From NCBI GenBank assembly GCA_027622005.1, contig JAQBZH010000007.1, forward strand, positions 2,084 to 66,083: DNA of 64,000 nucleotides, given 5' to 3'. This document shows positions 60,614 to 64,000 of the stretch, piece after piece; position 1 is the stretch's first letter; the number at the start of each line of letters is the position of its first letter. A program made the translations under genes and the position numbers. The notes beneath the pieces were generated by a model. The model made no database searches, was not told the origin of the DNA, and saw only the letters and a list, made by a program, of their open reading frames with translations. This stretch comes from Bacteroidota bacterium (GTDB taxonomy: Bacteria; Bacteroidota; Rhodothermia; Rhodothermales; UBA10348).

Positions 60614-61630
60614 TTAGTTCCCTTTAGCCCGCTCATAGACCAATCGCAGGGTCTTGGTCGGATCGCCAAGAGGTTCAACCGTCTGCTTGAACGAAACAAA
60701 CGTGCCTGAACTGTCCGCTATCAACCGGAAATTAAAAACCGGATGACCCGAGTCGGTTAGCCAACTATCGCTGCGACCAAACCGATAATCCGAGTATGTC
60801 AATCCTAAGGAATCCTCCTCAATAACATACCATCCTTTCGAGAACCAATGCAGCCTTTGAATGGCAGGATCGTTTTCATGGCCTGCTAACGCGCTCGAAT
60901 TCCGGCCCACCGAATGAAACTTCAAAGGAGGTTTCGGATCTAGAACAGAATACAAGCCTATTCGCAATGAGTCTTGACTAAGTCCCATTCCCATCCACAA
61001 AACCGTGTTCATCGGGGTTGGGGCCGACATTACCCGTTCAACTTGATAGCCTTTTGAAGCCATGCCCTGCCTGAAAGACCCTTGAGCAATCATTTTTGCT
61101 CCCGCACTCCAGGTTAAATAAAAACTACTGATCAATAAACCGGTCAAATTGGCGGCCAGTCGGAGGCGGTTAGTGCGCTTTACCAGTAATGCGATCAAAA
61201 GCCCAAGGCTCAGTGGAAGGGTATAAAAGGGATCGATAATAAATATGTTATCGAATGAATAGGGATAATTGGTAATCGGCCAAAAAATCTGCGTGCCCTA
61301 GACCGTACAGAGGTCGATGCTTATGTGAGTGGCGAACACCAGGAACGTCATCCACATCCAATTTATCCGTTTAGCTTTGCCCTTCCGGTATAATTTTTTG
61401 AGTAATAATCCAACGATTGGGGCCGCCCAAACCGCCATTACAAGTGAATGCGAAGCCGAACGATGAACGGCTAATTGAGTCACTGGGCTGACAAAAAATC
61501 CGACTAAAACATCCAAATCGGGGACCGTTCCTAGAATAGCGCCCCATAAAGCCGCTTTGCGCCCTTCCTTGGCGCCAAGCACGGCTTCCCCAACTGCAGC
61601 CCCTAATACTATTTGCGTAAGCGAATCCAT
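60614..61630 (-). pseudogene. YdjM/DUF457-family membrane-bound metal-dependent hydrolase interrupted by one in-frame TAG
   Basis: Track ORFs 61298-61714 and 60614-61198 are in the same frame. My translation across the gap reads ...THISIDLCTV*GTQIFWPITNYPYSFDNIFIIDPFYTLPLSLGLLIALLVKR..., with the TAG at 61300-61298. The N-terminus from the ATG at 61630 (MDSLTQIVLGAAVGEAVLG...GTVPDLDV...HRSASHS) is typical of DUF457. There are 339 codons in total. Confidence 0.7.
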
Positions 61631-61814
61631 AATCCCGCCAAAACTTGTTGCAGCACAAAATGTTGCGGACACCATTACAGGCCTTAACATAATATTTAAG
61701 ACCAATATGAACAAGTTATCAATATTATTTAGTAGTAGATGATCATTATTGATTGATAAACAAGGTGTTAGTATATTTATACCTTAATTATTTAGGTTCT
61801 TATTACAAGCACGA

Positions 61815-62294
61815 ATGAGCCGAATTGACGAAACAGATGTGAGAATTCTGCAGCTTCTACAAGCGCAAGGCCGAATTAAGCGTAATGAGATTGCTGAGGA
61901 AGTGTCGCTTTCCGTACCGTCAGTTAGCGAGCGGATGAAAAAGCTTGAGGATCGGGGCATCATAGAGGGTTACAGTGCCATCGTCAATCCGCGTCGTGTA
62001 GGGTATGACATCTCGGCCTTCATTCGGGTGATGGTCGATGGTTCCAAACATTATCCAGGCTTCGTTGAGAAGGCCGGTAAGCTCGAGGAAGTGCAGGAGG
62101 TTCATTCGATTACGGGTGAAGGCTCGCACATTCTCAGAGTTGTTATCCGAAACACGTCTGGTCTAGAAAAGCTGCTTTCGACTATTCAAGGTTGGCCGGG
62201 AGTCCATGGGACCTCAACTTCCATTGTGCTTTCGAGCTATAAAGACACCCGAAGTGTTCCAATCGAACCTATGTTGATTGATGATTTGGATTGA
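61815..62294 (+). CDS. Lrp/AsnC-family transcriptional regulator
   Basis: 159 aa. The HTH is DETDVRILQLLQAQGRIKRNEIAEEVSLSVPSVSERMKKLEDRGII, followed by a C-terminal RAM/AsnC_trans_reg domain (AFIRVMVDG...EVQEVHSITGEGSHILRVV). Confidence 0.9.
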   Translation: MSRIDETDVRILQLLQAQGRIKRNEIAEEVSLSVPSVSERMKKLEDRGIIEGYSAIVNPRRVGYDISAFIRVMVDGSKHYPGFVEKAGKLEEVQEVHSITGEGSHILRVVIRNTSGLEKLLSTIQGWPGVHGTSTSIVLSSYKDTRSVPIEPMLIDDLD

Positions 62295-62360
62295 TTGTAC
62301 CCGCCATTGACTTTGCAAAAACCGCCCAAAATTTCTACCACTTAACTCTTTACGTCTACA

Positions 62361-64000
62361 ATGAGTCGCCACAAGTCAGATTATAACCTGGTTGCAGCCA
62401 CTAAATTTTCTCCCAATGGAAACGGAATACAGTCCGGCCCAATGGACATCGAGCGCATTTTCGGTGAGAATGCTTTCGGAATAGAGGAGATGAAGAATCG
62501 TCTTCCGAAAGAAGTATTTAAGAGCCTCCAAAGAACCATCGATCAAGGGGAGCGACTCGATCCTTCGATTGCAGATGCAGTGGCCATGGCCATGAAAGAA
62601 TGGGCAGTAGACCGCGGCGCTACTCACTTTTCACATTGGTTTCAGCCGCTAACCGGCTCGACCGCTGAAAAGCATGATTCTTTTATCACCCCAAACAAAG
62701 GCGGTGGAGCCATCGCCCGCTTTTCGGGAAGTGAGTTGATTCAGGGTGAGCCGGATGCTTCGAGTTTCCCAAGTGGCGGCTTAAGAGCGACCTTCGAGGC
62801 CCGCGGTTACACCGTTTGGGATCCGACATCCCCTGCCTTTATCATCGAGAATACGAGCGGTTCGTATCTGGCCATTCCGACGGCCTTCGCATCGTGGAGC
62901 GGCGAAGCTCTGGACGCTAAAACGCCGCTGCTTCGCTCAATGGAAGCGATCAACAAACAAGCCCTCCGCGTCCTCAAACTCTTTGGCGCGACTGATGTGT
63001 CCAAAGTGACATCGACAGTGGGTGTGGAGCAGGAGTATTTTCTGATCGATGAAGAATACTATTTCCGCCGTCCAGACCTCATGACGTGTGGTCGGACGTT
63101 GGTTGGAGCAAAGCCTCCCCGCGGACAGGAGTTGGATGATCATTATTTCGGGTCAATTCCGGATCGCGTGCTGAGCTGCATGTTGGAGACCGAAAAAGAG
63201 CTCTACCGGCTCGGAATTCCGATCAAAACACGCCACAATGAAGTAGCCCCGAGCCAGTATGAAATTGCTCCGATGTATGAGAACACCAACATCGCGTGCG
63301 ACCATCAACAGCTCATTATGATCACCTTACAGCGGATTGCGCGTCAGCATGGTATGGTTTGTTTGCTGCACGAAAAGCCGTTCAGAGGCATTAATGGAAG
63401 TGGCAAACACAACAATTGGTCGCTAGGCACCGACACCGGGTTAAACTTACTCGATCCAGGCGATAATCCTCACGACAATCTCCAATTTCTCTTTTTCTGC
63501 GCCGCCGTCATCAAAGCGGTTCATCGCCACCAGGACCTATTGCGGGTTTCGGTCGCAACGGCTGCAAACGACCATCGGTTGGGCGCAAACGAAGCTCCTC
63601 CGGCCATTATTTCGATCTTTTTGGGCGAACAACTCGAAGACGTTTTCAATCAAATTGACAAAGGTACCGCAACGGCCAGTAAGCAGGGTGGTTTGATGGG
63701 TCTTCGGACGCTCGTTCTACCTGACCTTCCACGCCATGCTGGGGATCGCAACCGGACTTCTCCGTTCGCTTTCACAGGGAATAAATTTGAGTTCAGAGCG
63801 GTTGGTTCAAGCCAAAGTGTTTCTTTTCCAAACACGGTTTTGAATACCATCGCGGCTGAAGCCTTAGAGGAAATGGGGAGCAAGCTAGCGGCCAAGTTAG
63901 CTTCAGGTGAACCGCTGGAAACGGCTGCTATTGATGTGGTCCGAGATACGATTCACGAATCAAAAGCCATCATTTTTGGAGGAGATAACTACGCCAAAGA
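62361..64000 (+). CDS. glnN: Glutamine synthetase type III, with its 3' end beyond the window
   Basis: The open frame from the ATG at 62361 runs to the window edge, and the track omits it because it is edge-truncated. My translation includes [92 protein letters not shown] and [24 protein letters not shown]. These are hallmark GSIII blocks. Confidence 0.9.
   Translation, partial: MSRHKSDYNLVAATKFSPNGNGIQSGPMDIERIFGENAFGIEEMKNRLPKEVFKSLQRTIDQGERLDPSIADAVAMAMKEWAVDRGATHFSHWFQPLTGSTAEKHDSFITPNKGGGAIARFSGSELIQGEPDASSFPSGGLRATFEARGYTVWDPTSPAFIIENTSGSYLAIPTAFASWSGEALDAKTPLLRSMEAINKQALRVLKLFGATDVSKVTSTVGVEQEYFLIDEEYYFRRPDLMTCGRTLVGAKPPRGQELDDHYFGSIPDRVLSCMLETEKELYRLGIPIKTRHNEVAPSQYEIAPMYENTNIACDHQQLIMITLQRIARQHGMVCLLHEKPFRGINGSGKHNNWSLGTDTGLNLLDPGDNPHDNLQFLFFCAAVIKAVHRHQDLLRVSVATAANDHRLGANEAPPAIISIFLGEQLEDVFNQIDKGTATASKQGGLMGLRTLVLPDLPRHAGDRNRTSPFAFTGNKFEFRAVGSSQSVSFPNTVLNTIAAEALEEMGSKLAAKLASGEPLETAAIDVVRDTIHESKAIIFGGDNYAK

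Noticed and set aside
61298-61300. In-frame TAG as evidence for amber reassignment or pyrrolysine-type recoding
   Set aside because: TAG is the apparent stop of several well-supported genes in this window: GNAT at 6606-6608, rodA at 49555-49557, the RRM gene at 52068-52070 and PadR at 25869-25871. I saw no pyl-like genes. A point mutation or a sequencing error is the simpler explanation.

Overview
Dense 64-kb chromosomal window with about 55 protein genes, one tRNA and one decayed IS element. All calls come from reading the supplied ORF translations and the raw sequence by eye. No searches or alignments were run. Lineage signals point to an FCB-group bacterium (Bacteroidota, Balneolota or Rhodothermota-like): T9SS-type C-terminal sorting domains, CarboxypepD_reg-type TonB-dependent receptors paired with DUF4249-like lipoproteins, a type III glutamine synthetase, and mostly no Shine-Dalgarno sequences. 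Recognisable core genes are ilvE, pyrD, a fadD-like ligase, mrdA-rodA, feoA-feoA-feoB, a beta carbonic anhydrase, a yhhQ-like transporter, a two-component pair, TolC plus an MlaC-like protein, an M1 aminopeptidase, an Lrp regulator and a type III glutamine synthetase. The candidates I rank highest for poorly described or undescribed biology are: (1) Two tightly coupled modules of a PadR regulator plus an ATPase-less double-FtsX permease carrying a cytoplasmic N-terminal prefix (23214-26216 and 53493-56494), with a prefix-less, PadR-less paralogue at 33660-36086. (2) A minus-strand operon (26494-33379) that joins hydroxyproline catabolism genes to a 1017-aa three-domain fusion of APH-like kinase, M23 peptidase and class-III aminotransferase. 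I read this as a candidate locus for using collagen-derived hydroxyproline and hydroxylysine. (3) A 1037-aa outer-membrane protein (43032-46142) that fuses a HExxH peptidase-like domain and PD40 beta-propeller repeats to an Omp85-type barrel. (4) A tandem duplicated TonB receptor/DUF4249 pair (7128-13650) transcribed divergently from a small membrane protein that carries a single Pht-like histidine triad, HGSHTH. Smaller observations include an IS3-family remnant fused to a truncated ltrA-like gene beside a tRNA(CAU), an in-frame amber codon in a YdjM-like hydrolase gene, a 4 x 14-bp intergenic tandem repeat, perfect palindromes upstream of the feo and hyp operons, a Cys-rich mini-protein, and a PQQ dehydrogenase with an internal cytochrome c module. 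No CRISPR array, rRNA, recognisable defence system or intact prophage was seen.
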